Source: Bigelowiella natans CCMP2755 (lineage: Eukaryota; Protista; Cercozoa). Taken from it: a stretch of DNA of 64,000 bases. Position 1 is the first letter of the stretch; the number at the start of each line of letters is the position of its first letter. Below the pieces are notes generated by a model. The model did no database searches, was not told the DNA's origin, and saw nothing but the letters and a program-made list of their open reading frames with translations. The translations under genes were made by a program, and so were the position numbers. The stretch is from assembly GCA_000320545.1 (NCBI GenBank), contig ADNK01000872.1, positions 1 through 64,000 of the forward strand, read 5' to 3'. This document shows positions 42,765-57,552 of this stretch, one piece after another.

Positions 42765-43550
42765 AGCTAGTTGATTTGCTAGTCACAGTCCTCACTGAAA
42801 CCAGTTCGAGGCACTGCATTTTGCACGCTGCAAGTGTCTTGCAACACTTTGGAAATGTAGTTTTTCATCATTGTTTCATTGTTTCTACAGGAGGAACTGC
42901 GACAACATCCACTGTGAAAATCATTTCGTTGAAAAAACACCTGGGAAGGCAAGGACGCGAACAGAAATGACTCCTCCAACTTCATGCCATCCACAACCAG
43001 CAGGGGCAATGTCTCCGCAAAAACCGGGGATGTTGTGGCTGGCGTGAAGCTTGTGCATCCGAGTGGACCATGAAGGTGTGGTCCATGGGCCCGGATTTTT
43101 CGCTTGGGGTTTGAAGGTGTGGTGTTCTTGCCTGCGCGTGTGTTGTGCACGTGCGTGCGTCACATTCATTGCGTCTGTGATCTGGACAAATTTGAAATGA
43201 AAGTTTTTTTCTTGTGACGCTGCCTCATGTGATCTGTGGTCTAGACCTCTCTCTCTCTCTCTCTTATACTCTCTCTCTCTCTCTCCAAACGCACAGTTGA
43301 ATGATGCACGTGTGCACGTTCGCGTGCACATCTAGACGTCTAGACATGCAAGTGGACAAATGGATGGCACCCCCAGACCCCACGCTGGCACGCCGCACAC
43401 TTGCCATTTGCACATGCACGCATGTTTGTCATCATGGTTAGCTGTCTGTGCCGCCCTCATGTGCTTAACCATCAGCCAACCCACGCGAAAAACATGAAAA
43501 GCCATCTTTGTGTTGCGGTGGCGTGACATGTCATCGTCACATTCACTGCA
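42765..43550. other. TpA-depleted island E downstream of NSUN5
   Basis: Very few TpA; rich in TG/CA. ACAT-CTAG-ACGT-CTAG-ACAT at 43328-43347. Confidence 0.75.
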
Positions 43551-43554
43551 GCAA

Positions 43555-45977
<2,423 letters not shown>

Positions 45978-46487
45978 GTTTATGGCCTTATTATCTCTAT
46001 GAACGAGGCGGGATCAGGATCAGAGTGTAATCCAAACTTATAGAGAATACCCTAAATACACCCCAACAGATGCTTCAAGTTTCCCTTGATATTCGGCACA
46101 GCAGCACACACACACACACACGCTTCAATCGGGTATTTGGGCAGAGCCATTGCGAGTACTACTACTCCCCATTATTATTATTATTATTATTATTTTTGAT
46201 CTCGTAGCTCTCCGACACCATCATCAATAGGGGGTTGTCGTACACATAATTACCGACTAGATTCATCTGTTGCTCTACTCACTATTTGGTAGGTGCGACA
46301 AGGAAATATTGGTGTCGTCGTGTGTGAATGTGTGCGTGTGTTTGTGTGTGTGTATCTGTATTCAGTTACGATAGATCTACCTCGAGTCATCATCGTATCA
46401 TTATCATCATGTGTAACTACTCGTAACTAACTACTACGAAGAAGGGGGAGGAGAAGGAAGAGTATGATCATAGTAGTAGTGTAACAG

Positions 46488-47030
46488 ATGATAGAGAGAT
46501 TAAGAAAGCATGATGGGCTGCTGTGGATTATATCCTTATTGCTCTCGGTAACAACTGCGAACTGCAAATTGGACTCTAAAGGTTTGGTAGTATAATAGCT
46601 ACTAAAGTCATTGGGATGATGACATATGGGTATTTGATCGGAGAGATGTGGGAAAGTTTCGGAGCGGATATGAATGTCCATAATCTACAATCGTATACTG
46701 AAACCAAAACAAAAAATATATCATTGTCATGGTCACCATTTATTTTGTATCAAGAATTAAAGCGACCGCGCACAAGCACCTTACTTTTTTCTCTTACTTT
46801 AACGCACCCCCCTCCTCATATAAAACTTACCATCACTCGATAATCCAGAGTGGGCTGAATGGCACTTTTTCAACACTCCTGGATGCAGAGACCACACCGA
46901 AGGCGCCTTTCAGTTTGTCAAAGTCCCTCCATCCTTAACAAATACACACTTGACGTACAAATACACGTGTACTCATCTATAGTGGATCATGTATGTAAGA
47001 AATATGAGGAAATCGTAGACGAATTCACAT

Positions 47031-47062
<32 letters not shown>

Positions 47063-48113
47063 AATGTATCTTTGATAGTATGGAAACTGCCATGAAGACA
47101 CGTGGACTGCCCGAGGATTTGTTAAGTATCACTATCCTAACATAGTGGAAGTTTTTGGCACAGACATTACTTGCCAGGTAATATTGATAGCAAAATCACG
47201 TTATTCTGGTGGGAACATAAGTAACTGATTCTATTGCTGTACACCCTGACCTCCTCCTCCTTGTCGTGAAAGAATCCACTAGGGAACGAAACATTAGGAA
47301 TAGGAAACTGTACGGAGCAAAGAGCATTCCTAGGTTGTACTTGTTTAAAGAATTAAGTGATGTACTATGACTCCAATCAGTTTCTATCCAACGAGTCTTA
47401 ATTGATTCACCTCCATCTCCAACGAGTATTTAATTGACTGCACTAAGCTCCTACTGTTATTGCTTTCAAGGTCCCTCCTCAGTAAAAGCAGCGACAGAAT
47501 CTTTAGATGATGTTGTCAAGGTACTACTACTACTACAATTGAAAGGGGTGTTACGCACAAAATCATACGTAGTAGTCCTTGCAAGAAATATAAGCAATAC
47601 TATCACAGGTGGTATTTCGCTATGAGAAGCACGACCCTGAGGAAGAGGAGGAAACGATCATCACTTGCACGAATCGTCTCAATGGAACCCAAACTGATCA
47701 AATATACGAAATACTCGCTATGAAACGTGGATTTTGTGACAATGGAATGATGGCATCGTGCTACCTTGATAGTCACTACTATCAAGAGAATTTCGAAAGC
47801 TCATGGTAACTGTGGAGAAGACTAATTTAAATGGAATCATCATTCAATTTTATTTTGAAGCAATACGTGTTATACCACTACTAATGCTATTACCGCTATC
47901 ACTATTACTACCGTTAAAGGTGTCCAAATTATCCTAAAAATGTGACGACATGGTTGCAATCTAGTGCAGCTACGACAGTCTGCCAAGAGGTTCGGTCAGG
48001 TTTTCAGGTAGTAGTAGTAACCGTATAAATGCATCTTACAACCTCAACTACTCTGTATCTTCCTGCCCTCTGCTGCTGCTTCTGCTGTATCTCTTCTCAG
48101 TCATATCCCCCAA

Positions 48114-48167
<54 letters not shown>

Positions 48168-48495
48168 CCACTAACATCTGCAAATCATCTCAAACACCTC
48201 ACGCAAATCGAGCAAACTAGTGTGTTTTCTCCGTCCGTCCCTCTAGTTGCTCGGTTCCGAGATCTATGTACTCGCTTGTGAGAGCACTGTCCTGGCCGAA
48301 GCTATCTTAAGCGCTGGAATTCCCAACAAAACAAATCCTTTCTACAATGCTAGTGAAAGATATTCCCAGCAAGGACTTAGCAGTAGTTCTCCAGCACCAC
48401 GGCATTGTAGTGTCACTATGTTTAACGGGACCACCATTCCAGACAATTTCAACCAGCGCTTCAACGAGTAAGATACTACTATTTTAATATATATA

Positions 48496-48530
<35 letters not shown>

Positions 48531-50276
48531 CACATAATAGAGCAATGTATATAGTTCAAAGTTCTCGAGAAATATTTGCGGAAATGCCGAGTACATTGTG
48601 TATGAAATGGACTGAGTGTTGAATCCTAAATTATGCTCGTTACTAATAACTGATAGCCCATGCACGTTGCTAATCCTATCGCTTATTTCCACCTATCCTG
48701 CCAGATTTATGCCTTCTGTCTCTGATTGGAACGAGGAATGGGTATTAGAACTATGCTTCAAACTACCAGAGGACTTCAACGCAACAGATTGGGAAGGAGA
48801 GGAGGCTCTTATGGGGTCCGATGTCTACGAAGAAGGGTGCTTTCGCTTTATATCACACATTATTCCGGATATTGACATGTGTGCAATCTATTTTTTAATT
48901 GATTATAGTGTTGTATAGTTGTTGTGGTGAAATATAGTGCAGTATTATTATTGTTATTATCATCATTATTATTGTTGCGACAGGTACGCTTATGCGTTCA
49001 TCGATAAATATGGCTTCGGTTTTAACAAGAAAGGCGAGCCATTACCTCCCCAAAATCCTTGGTTCGCACAATATGGAGTTCCAGAGCGAGTTGGAAGAGT
49101 AGAATTAGCACTTTTCTCGCCTGAAGAAGAGTACTGTGTGACAGTTGATTCACATGATATGATAAACAATTTCCCTTGCTTTACCACTATCTTGTGGTCG
49201 CATCTGAAAGAGGTACTACTACTATCACTAATAATATTACTACTACTCAGATATTAGTAGGTCTCTAATACCGAATAATATAAATAATAATCATTATAAT
49301 ACGTTTTGAATGCATTCTACCCTATTATACGCATCAAACCACCACGTTTACATTATTGCCTTCTTGAGAAGGATTTCCTCCAACTTTTGTTCCGTCGTTT
49401 TTTTGCATCATCAGGTGATAACCGTGCGCCATTGGGACGGCAACATCACCTACGATCATGTTCCTGACCTTATAGGAGCAACCAATTCCACTTTTGGAAA
49501 TTTTTCCGGAAGTATAACGCTTATTAGATTTCACCAGTCAGGAAACAAGTACTGCGATGACCTTGAATCAAGCCGCCTCACAAGATCACCATCTGTAGAA
49601 GTCCCCACTCAATCTCCACAACTGGAGCCAACTGTGCCGTCGTCACCAACAACCTTGAGTCCATCATCATCGAGCTACTACTACTACTACTCTCAATACT
49701 TTCTGGATGATTCTTCTCTGGCTTGCTCGAGCCAGCAGGTCAACTTTAGCGGAGCAACTTTCGTTTGTGGAGATTGTAAGGTAATACTTAACCTCTCCTT
49801 CCCTCCATCTGTTTCACTCTCTATGTGTGCGTGCATTGTAGGTGCTTTTTTTGGGTGTGCTGTCCACTTATTTGCGATGTTTTCTTGATTCGAATTTACC
49901 AGTTTTCTTGTTCAGATGAAATGATGTTTAATATATTCAAATAGAATGAAAACAACAACATCATTTTGCTTGTGTAGGTTATAGTGTCGGACATTTCCAA
50001 GATGAGAACTTGTGATAACTACTGTGCACACCACAGGTTGAGGTACTGATTCTTGATCAGACTTTATGATGTATGTCCTTAATTGAGGAGTTATGAAATC
50101 ATCATCATTATCATGTGGATATGATAAAATTCAAACAAGAAAGTGACTGCTATCTCATCTTATATTCTATAAATAAGGTGCAAAACAAGTTACCTTCAGT
50201 ATAGCTGTAACGATATATCAGAGAGCGAATACCGGTAAGAGAAGTAGTAGTAGTGGTGGTAGTAGTACTGATTAGG

Positions 50277-50318
<42 letters not shown>

Positions 50319-51111
50319 ACATGCACCTATTCCAGAAGCCTCCTCCGTATAATAGTGTTCTTCATGATGCAGTAGCATCAGCATCATACTACTACCAGCA
50401 CCATTCTTTCGTGATCCATCCCAAACGTCGTCGTCGCTGCCTCTCCTCGTACCATCGTTTAACCTCGGCCTTCTTATCCTCTCAGCAGCAGCGTAATCAT
50501 TATTGATTATATTTATTCATTTTTTTTGTCAGATGTTCTTATGACTGGACTAGCTCCTTCTCCTCCTCCTCCGTGAGAATTCAGGATAATGTATTATGCG
50601 TCTGCTCTACTGAAGCGGTGGAGGAGTCTCAGGGCAACAACATGGTTGTGGTGATGATGATTCTAACAGTAAAAGTAGAAAGGGGATATTTAATAATGCT
50701 AAGGAGTAATACTTCTACGTATGTAACAGGTAGTTAGCGTGACAACGAGCAGCGTCTTTCACAGTCTTCAACTCAGTACAATGAATAGCACAGAGCAACT
50801 GCAATTTCAAACCGAATATAAAAATGCGCTCTCCTCTTATATAGCGGTGATAATAAATAATATAAGCTTCGTGGACATGTCTTCATTTAGATTAGTGAGA
50901 CCTTAATCCGTCTAAACAGTCAATTATCAAATATCTTATTGTGTTAAGAACGACTTGCCGTATTGCAGATTCCGCCAGACTGGGTTAGTATCCTTGATGT
51001 ACGAAGTGGAAGCACTATAGTGGACACGAGAGTAATTCATTTCTAATGAGATATATTTATTCATTCCACTCCCCTCACTAATGTTCCCTCCCTCTTTCCC
51101 TCTCTCCTTCC

Positions 51112-51195
<84 letters not shown>

Positions 51196-52004
51196 ATTGT
51201 GTGTCTGGGTCTTGTTTGTACTCTGGAGTCAATTAATACCACTCATTTCAGCTAATTATTTCATAAGATACGTATGTTTGGCGATATCCAAGCAAGTTCA
51301 TTCTCTTCTCAGGTGTATATTTTTCAGTAGCACAAACAATATTTGGTTGCGTACATTATGAAGGATGCATTCATTTTTCAAATAAAACAAATTACGACGT
51401 ATTTACAGATTTAGAAAATATGTTGGTTAGTGCTCAATGGCATTATATTCTTTCAGGCACGGACAAACGCTACGAATATCTCTCGGCACAGTACGAACGA
51501 CAACAAAATACATGATGCTGAAAATGGAACAATTCTAGAGAAAATAACTACATAAAATCACGCTTAGACACACATGCTTGTAAAACGGCCAGGTTTATAA
51601 GTACTTATGGATCTCCAAGCTTCCCAAATCTCCACACCACTGTAATTGGATCGATTTCACCCACATCATCACCCTCAACGTACGAAGCTTCAAAAAATAA
51701 GGAGGTACGATATCTGTTAGAGAAGAAAGTCATCCATTCGTACCAACACGCCGTAAATGATATTTACTGAGCATCGGTTTGTTACTCTTAGTCCGCTTTC
51801 ATTACGGTGCTGGTAGTTGTGTTCTCGTTGTCGTTCCTGGCGTTTGCAGGCAGTTGCTACATGTGTTGGTGGTGGAGAATCAAAATATCCAAAAAAGTAT
51901 CTAGCTTTGGGAACGCTTCTTCTGTCAATGCCAATGATAGTGGTGGTAGTGGGATGCAAGTGTCACCCACAACACTGACCTCTTGCTCGAAAACTGCCTG
52001 GTAA
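46488..52004 (+). CDS. Multi-exon hypothetical type I membrane protein (signal-like N-terminus, Cys-containing ectodomain, C-terminal TM)
   Basis: LLWIISLLLSVTTANC near the start; internal exons such as YAYAFIDKYGFGFNKKGEPLPPQNPWFAQYG; a P/S/T linker; and VVVFSLSFLAFAGSCYMCWWWRIK before the stop at 52004. Confidence 0.5.
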
Positions 52005-52019
52005 GTATTATCGATGCGA

Positions 52020-52520
52020 GTCAGCTGAGCAAAATTACTTCAATGTCTGAGCAAGCATGCATGGCATCATGGCAGAGTAAGTGGACGATCTAAATCACGC
52101 ATTCACGAATTGTTGCGACCACATATAACACATTGAATGAAGCTTGCATGGAATCTGCCAATCCAGATAGTGGCATGGCAATGGGTAAATAAACAATGCA
52201 TCGCATGCACGTCAACATGAAACAGGCATTTCCTGCGCATCGTCAAAGAACTAATACGCAAGATGCAGCTTGGGAGCATGAAGCCGCAGCCATGCTAGCA
52301 CGTGTCATTTGATTTTTTCAAATTTTCATTTTTCGCTTAGTTCGGCTCATTTTATACGCTATAGTAGACTAGAGCATGTGTGCCCCATGCTAGCATGCGC
52401 GTACTAGCGCATACCATGTACATTTCCACCTTCGTGCACATACATGAAGTCTACTAGAGCGTGAACGTCTGTCCATTGTCGCCATTTGATGAATTGTCCC
52501 TTTGTGATGTGAGATCATCA
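52020..52520. other. CTAG-insertion island F (convergent intergenic gap)
   Basis: CATG-CTAG-CATG (52386), CGTA-CTAG-CGCA (52400) and CATG-CTAG-CACG (52291). Confidence 0.7.
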
Positions 52521-52620
52521 GTGCCCATTTGTTGCCATTTGAGAATGAAGAAATTACAGGTCAAATTAAGCATTTGAAGCTGTCCAAGCTCGCGCTAAAA
52601 TCGTTCGAATTTATTACTTC

Positions 52621-53480
52621 TTACGACTGAGATGAGATATTGTCTATGTGAGACTCTATCTTATCCAGTTCAGCAATAACCTTGTCGAGGCCATTTCGGT
52701 CCAATTCGCAGTGGACAACGTCGGAAACTTTGTCCTGCATTCCATTGCATTTTGTAAGTGGATATATGAAGGTACATTCAGGTAACTAAGGGGTACACCT
52801 GATTTTTCAAGCTCAATCGGATTATGGCAGTAGGCTCATTGATATCAGGGATGTTCTTCGAGTTTGACTTTACATCAATTCTCCAAGAGAACTCTGATGA
52901 TTTACATTTGCTTAAAAGACATCCTATTTCCGTGAAGAACTAAGATCTAACCTCGTAAGTCATTGTTCCATACAGTTTTGCTTACGATTGCCTTATGTAT
53001 CTGCAAGTATGCGTGCACCAAAAATTCAAACAGATCATGTATATTCAGCAAATTTCCAAAATTTCTAACCTTCGTGCTTTCTGTTTTCCACACATGGCTC
53101 AGAACCTGTAAAAAGCTCCATTTGAAATGTGATGTAATGTAGAATCATGCTAGCTTAGATTCACCTTTTTGTGTTCATCAGAAAGTTCCTGCTGATCGAC
53201 TTCTTGCTCGAAGCGACTCAAAGTCCAATTTCCCCTCCCTGCTCTGCGGAGCAGTCTCTCACATGAACCAAGGAAGTCATTTATTTCTAGATATCAAAAC
53301 AGCTTCAGAAATTAAACACAAAAAAGTTTTCGTTTCTCTACTTTGACTCCCCATCTTAGAGTCTGAGAATATTTTATCCTGCACTTCTTTGTCCATCGCT
53401 CCACTTTCTCCATAGAACCCCCTCTTAACAAGCTGGCGCAGCAGCGCAAGGAATAACTGGCCAGAGAGATCGTTATCCAT
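52621..53480 (-). CDS. COMMD1: COMM domain protein (COMMD1-like)
   Basis: Spliced exons MDNDLSGQLFLALL..., VLSHVWKTESTK|IHKAIVSKTVWNNDLR|EFSWRIDVKSNSKNIPDINEPTAIIRLSL and VHCELDRNGLDKVIAELDKIESHI. WRID is the COMM signature. Confidence 0.82.
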
Positions 53481-53649
53481 AGCTCCTGAAATCATTTCAA
53501 TTGTAATCACATCGATAAATCTAAAAAGAAACTTTATTTCAAACTTCCGTAGATGGGGCCTCACGGGGGAGCAGACCAAATCGTTGGATTTATTTCTCAT
53601 ACGGGAAAAGGATGGGATTTTGATCTTGCGACAACCTAAATGTTAAATG

Positions 53650-54870
53650 AATCAACTCAAGCATTGAAAACACTTCGTTCACTCGCTTCACTCCATGGCT
53701 TCACTCGTGTCCGTGAACCTTTCTTTCTTTCTTTCTTCGAATCAAGCAATGGAACCATGTGTTCATTCATTCATTCATTCAATCAATCAATGAAAGCGTT
53801 TCTTTCTTTCCTTTTTGGAATCACTTGCAGCTTGTTGTCTGTGCATCGCTAGATCGTGTTGAGCGTCATGCAGTCGATGTTGATCCCCAATGCTTCAATG
53901 TTTCACTCACACAAGCACTAGCCAGACAGCACCTGATCGTCCTGTCAGTGTTGTCAGGTGTGGAACGCCAGAATGCACACTGTGTGAAGAAGTGTGCTAG
54001 TGTGTGCTAGCAATGCTAGAATGTGCCAATTGTTCTGCTAGTCTGGTCCAGTGGTGTTGAACGGCGATCGCATCAGTCGTGAAAACACGAACGTTGTCAC
54101 ATCAGTCTAGCAGTGCGTGTTCGCTCTAGCGCTGCAAGTCCACCGAAAGTGATTGATGAGCACTTTGTGCAAATCACGCCAGCGTGGCGCACGTGCGCGC
54201 ACGCGCAGACCACAACGTCATTCATTGCATGCATTGTGAATTGCAGAGCACAGCAATCTAGCAATGGCACGTGCACGCTGTGACGCACATGTCATGTGCA
54301 TTGATGTCACATGTCTGTCATGAGTGTGCTTGTGCTCATCATGGACACAGTAATAACATGTGTGCATCACACATGTGACATCACATGTCCATCATGTGAC
54401 CTGCAAGACACTCCGATCCAGCACTGCTAGACTGCTAGACTGCTAGACTGCTAGACTGTGCATGTCTGCTAGTCAGGCCTACTAGCTGCTAACAGCGCTA
54501 GAGCGTGCGCTGTGAACAGAACTCCAGCATGTCACATAGATGTGCCGCACGCTCTGTTAGCGCTGTGAGGCATGAGGCACCCGCTTGTCTACGTGTCCTC
54601 AGCACGCGGATGCATCATGAGCTAGATGGCCGCACAGCAGTCTAGCCTAGTTGCAGTGCCACGATGTGCACACACCTAAATCTAGACATGCATCTAGGCA
54701 GGCATGCACATGTGTCACACCGCACAACCCAAAATTTCACTGCCTAGTTAGTGCAGCAAATTTAGCACTAGAGCAAGTCGCGTCGCATGGTACACGCTGC
54801 TGCCCTTCATATCACATCACCCATGCACATTTATCATCACGATCACACACATTGCATCGCTGGCACGCGA
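53650..54870. other. CTAG-insertion / TpA-depleted island G
   Basis: Perfect units ATCG (53845), TGTG (53993), AATG (54012), TCTG (54034), CAGT (54103), CGCT (54122), CAAT (54254) and AGCG (54494), plus (ACTG-CTAG)4-ACTG at 54423-54458. Confidence 0.92.
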
Positions 54871-55113
54871 ACCCTACCCAAATTTATCAATAATAAAACT
54901 CCAAATGACAACCAGCAAATTCCTTGGTAGTAACTCATAGTGTATCGTGTTAACTAGAAAAATCGACGACCAACTTACATGCAGACACGCACACGCTCGT
55001 CATGTACACAAATATAACACATATCCAAGTAAGGTGCATTTTTAAGGTGTATCGTAACACTCAAATAAAATCGGGATATTTTTTGGCCTTAAAAGCTGTC
55101 CGTGGCAACATCA

Positions 55114-57069
55114 TTACTGCATGCGAACTTGATAGTCTCCATTTTGGGTAATGTATCGGACCTGATTTATTAGTTTATACTGATGATCCAGGGTCATCCT
55201 TCAAATTGTTACATTTTAATACCCATGGCAAAGCGTGATATCCACTCTTCTCAGTAATCTTTAAATATCGAACTTGGATGCCAGATACAGTGAAGTATGG
55301 AATTTCAAATCTAATATTTACCAATATTAATCTGAGTCTGCTTGAGAAAACAAAAAATTGAATGATGACATACTTGACATTGATCGGCTTCTTCAAAGCC
55401 GCTTCACTTTCTTCAGATTGAATACTAGGTAGTCCAAAATGAGCTGCAAACCACCAAGTCAGTCATTGAACATCAGAATATCAATATGTCTCACCCCGCA
55501 TCATGTATTGTTTTTGTCCTGGAAATTGTTTGATTTTCCACTTGAAACAGCTTTCTTCAGGTGTATATTCCACTTTCCCAACGCTAGTTTTAAAGCTCGG
55601 TGAGTCCTGCAAAATAATATGCGATGACAATGCCGAACCTGGCCGTGTTAATTTATGTAACACAATATTACCGCATCTTCGGGAACAGCAACTATGATTT
55701 CAACATTGTTTGCATTGCTCCGACGCTTGAAGTTGGACTTTGCCTTAACAAGAAATTCTACTCTAGAACTCTTATGCGACTCAACCTGCGCCTCAATCCA
55801 GATTAACGGACGGACCTAACTCGACAATATGATAATATGATCTTCCAAATTGTAACCCTGAGAAGAAAGGAGTTGCAAAAATTCACAAACCTTAGTTGTA
55901 AGCCTGTATTGCATGAAATCAAAAGGTCCATCTGGAGGAATGAAGGAAATAGTTCTATTGCTTTCAAAACGGCTGAGGCGAACGCATTGGTGGAATCGAA
56001 TATCGTCCATCTCAACGCTCTTTCCTCTGGTTCTGCCTCTGTTTTGCATAAGAATCTTGTCGTTCAAGCCCAGTTTCAACTCTGGCATTCCACTGAGATA
56101 GGACTTCATTTTGACCGTTCCCATGATTTCAGAGTGCAATACAGTCCCATTGGAAGCAACCTAAAACGTCATAAGATCTTTTCTGAGTTTTCGTTGTATT
56201 CGAAAATTTTGATAAATACCAGTAGATTCAGTTTCTCTATAACGTCGAGGAAGATTTCATTCTTCTTGTGTTTGATGCCTTCAGCTCTCCAGGGTGTGGC
56301 TCCCGTCAACATGCCCGTCACGTTCTCGGCCAACTTCTTTTTCTCAACTTTGTGTGCCTCTCCAGCCTGGATGAAAGTCTTCAACGTTTTTGTGTTGGTA
56401 GCCTGAATATCATTAAATGCGGATGGTTCGTCAAGGGGGTGATTACAGTGATCGTTTAGCATTCTGCCTGACCTGGGGATATCCAAAGTCCATCATCTCG
56501 TCCAAAAGTTCGTAGATTATCACGAAATTATCTTTGATACTTTCCTCTTCCAATTCGTTGAAGTAGTCTTTCAATACAGATACCACTAGGTAAAGGAAGT
56601 TCAGTATAACCTGCCAATTGGAGAGCCTCAGACACATTAAAATCGAGCAGAGAGGAAAATTGTTACCATAACGTTCGCGTTCTTATTTGTAACTGCCATA
56701 ATGTAGAGCGAGTTGTACTTGATATACACATAAGTGTATGGACCCTGGACAGAATTTCGCAATGTGTTAAAATATTTCGGTGCAACTTAAGTTTCGCTTT
56801 GGCGGGGATAACCTCTTGAAATACTGGCTTCATATCGTTCTCATCATCTGTGAGAACTCTCCTGGTGAAGTGCTCAGCAACTGACATGGAAACATCTGCA
56901 CGATAATTTCGCGATAAAAGGACCTAGTATGATAGATAAATAAACAGACAATAGGGTTTCACTCACTGGACAACCGATTCAATTTATTATTGTCCACACA
57001 AAATGGTAGCGTTCAGACGGAGCAAATAACCTTTCCTTTAGCATCGATGAAGAATATTCCGGAGGCCAT
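55114..57069 (-). CDS. AP1M1: AP-1 adaptor complex medium (mu1) subunit
   Basis: MASGIFFIDAKGK|VLLSRNYR; LEEESIKDNFVIIYELLDEMMDFGYPQ; WRAEGIKHKKNEIFLDVIE; SYLSGMPELKLGLND; FHQCVRLSRFE; FEIPYFTVSGIQVRYLKI; ALPW|VRYITQNGDYQVRMQ*. Confidence 0.95.
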
Positions 57070-57552
57070 TTTCAGATTGGTATTCTGTCTTGATGTATAC
57101 TATTTTTACCCTGCCAATTTAAATTAGTCAGTGGTCAGTTTCTTTTTTCTGTATTCCTTTTGTTTGATGTTCTAAATGTTTAATAGGTGGTGATGGATTT
57201 ACCGGCTGCTCTGCTCTTGCTGTTTCCAGTTGAGTGATGAGTGTGACTGTAAGACCAGATGTCCCTTTTATTCTCCTCAAAGGTATTCTTCTTTTACTCT
57301 TTCTCTACACACCTGGAGATGATATCACCTTGCTATGTAGTTGCTTTTGAGACTGATGATGAATGATATTGCCTGTGAGCTGCTACGACTTTACGCAACA
57401 TTCAGCCTGGCTACGAGGAGGTTCTCCTCTCAAATTAGGCCATATCACTTATCAAAGGACCAAAATCTCCTTCATTAATTAGTATTACTGCGAAAATCGC
57501 TAAATATCGGTTTTCATGGGTACTCTCTGACGATATACGCTTGTAAGTGAAT

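Noticed and set aside
54423-54458. CRISPR-like reading of the CTAG-punctuated islands
   Set aside because: There is no constant 20-50-bp repeat with regular spacers and no cas genes. The constant part is only 4 bp.
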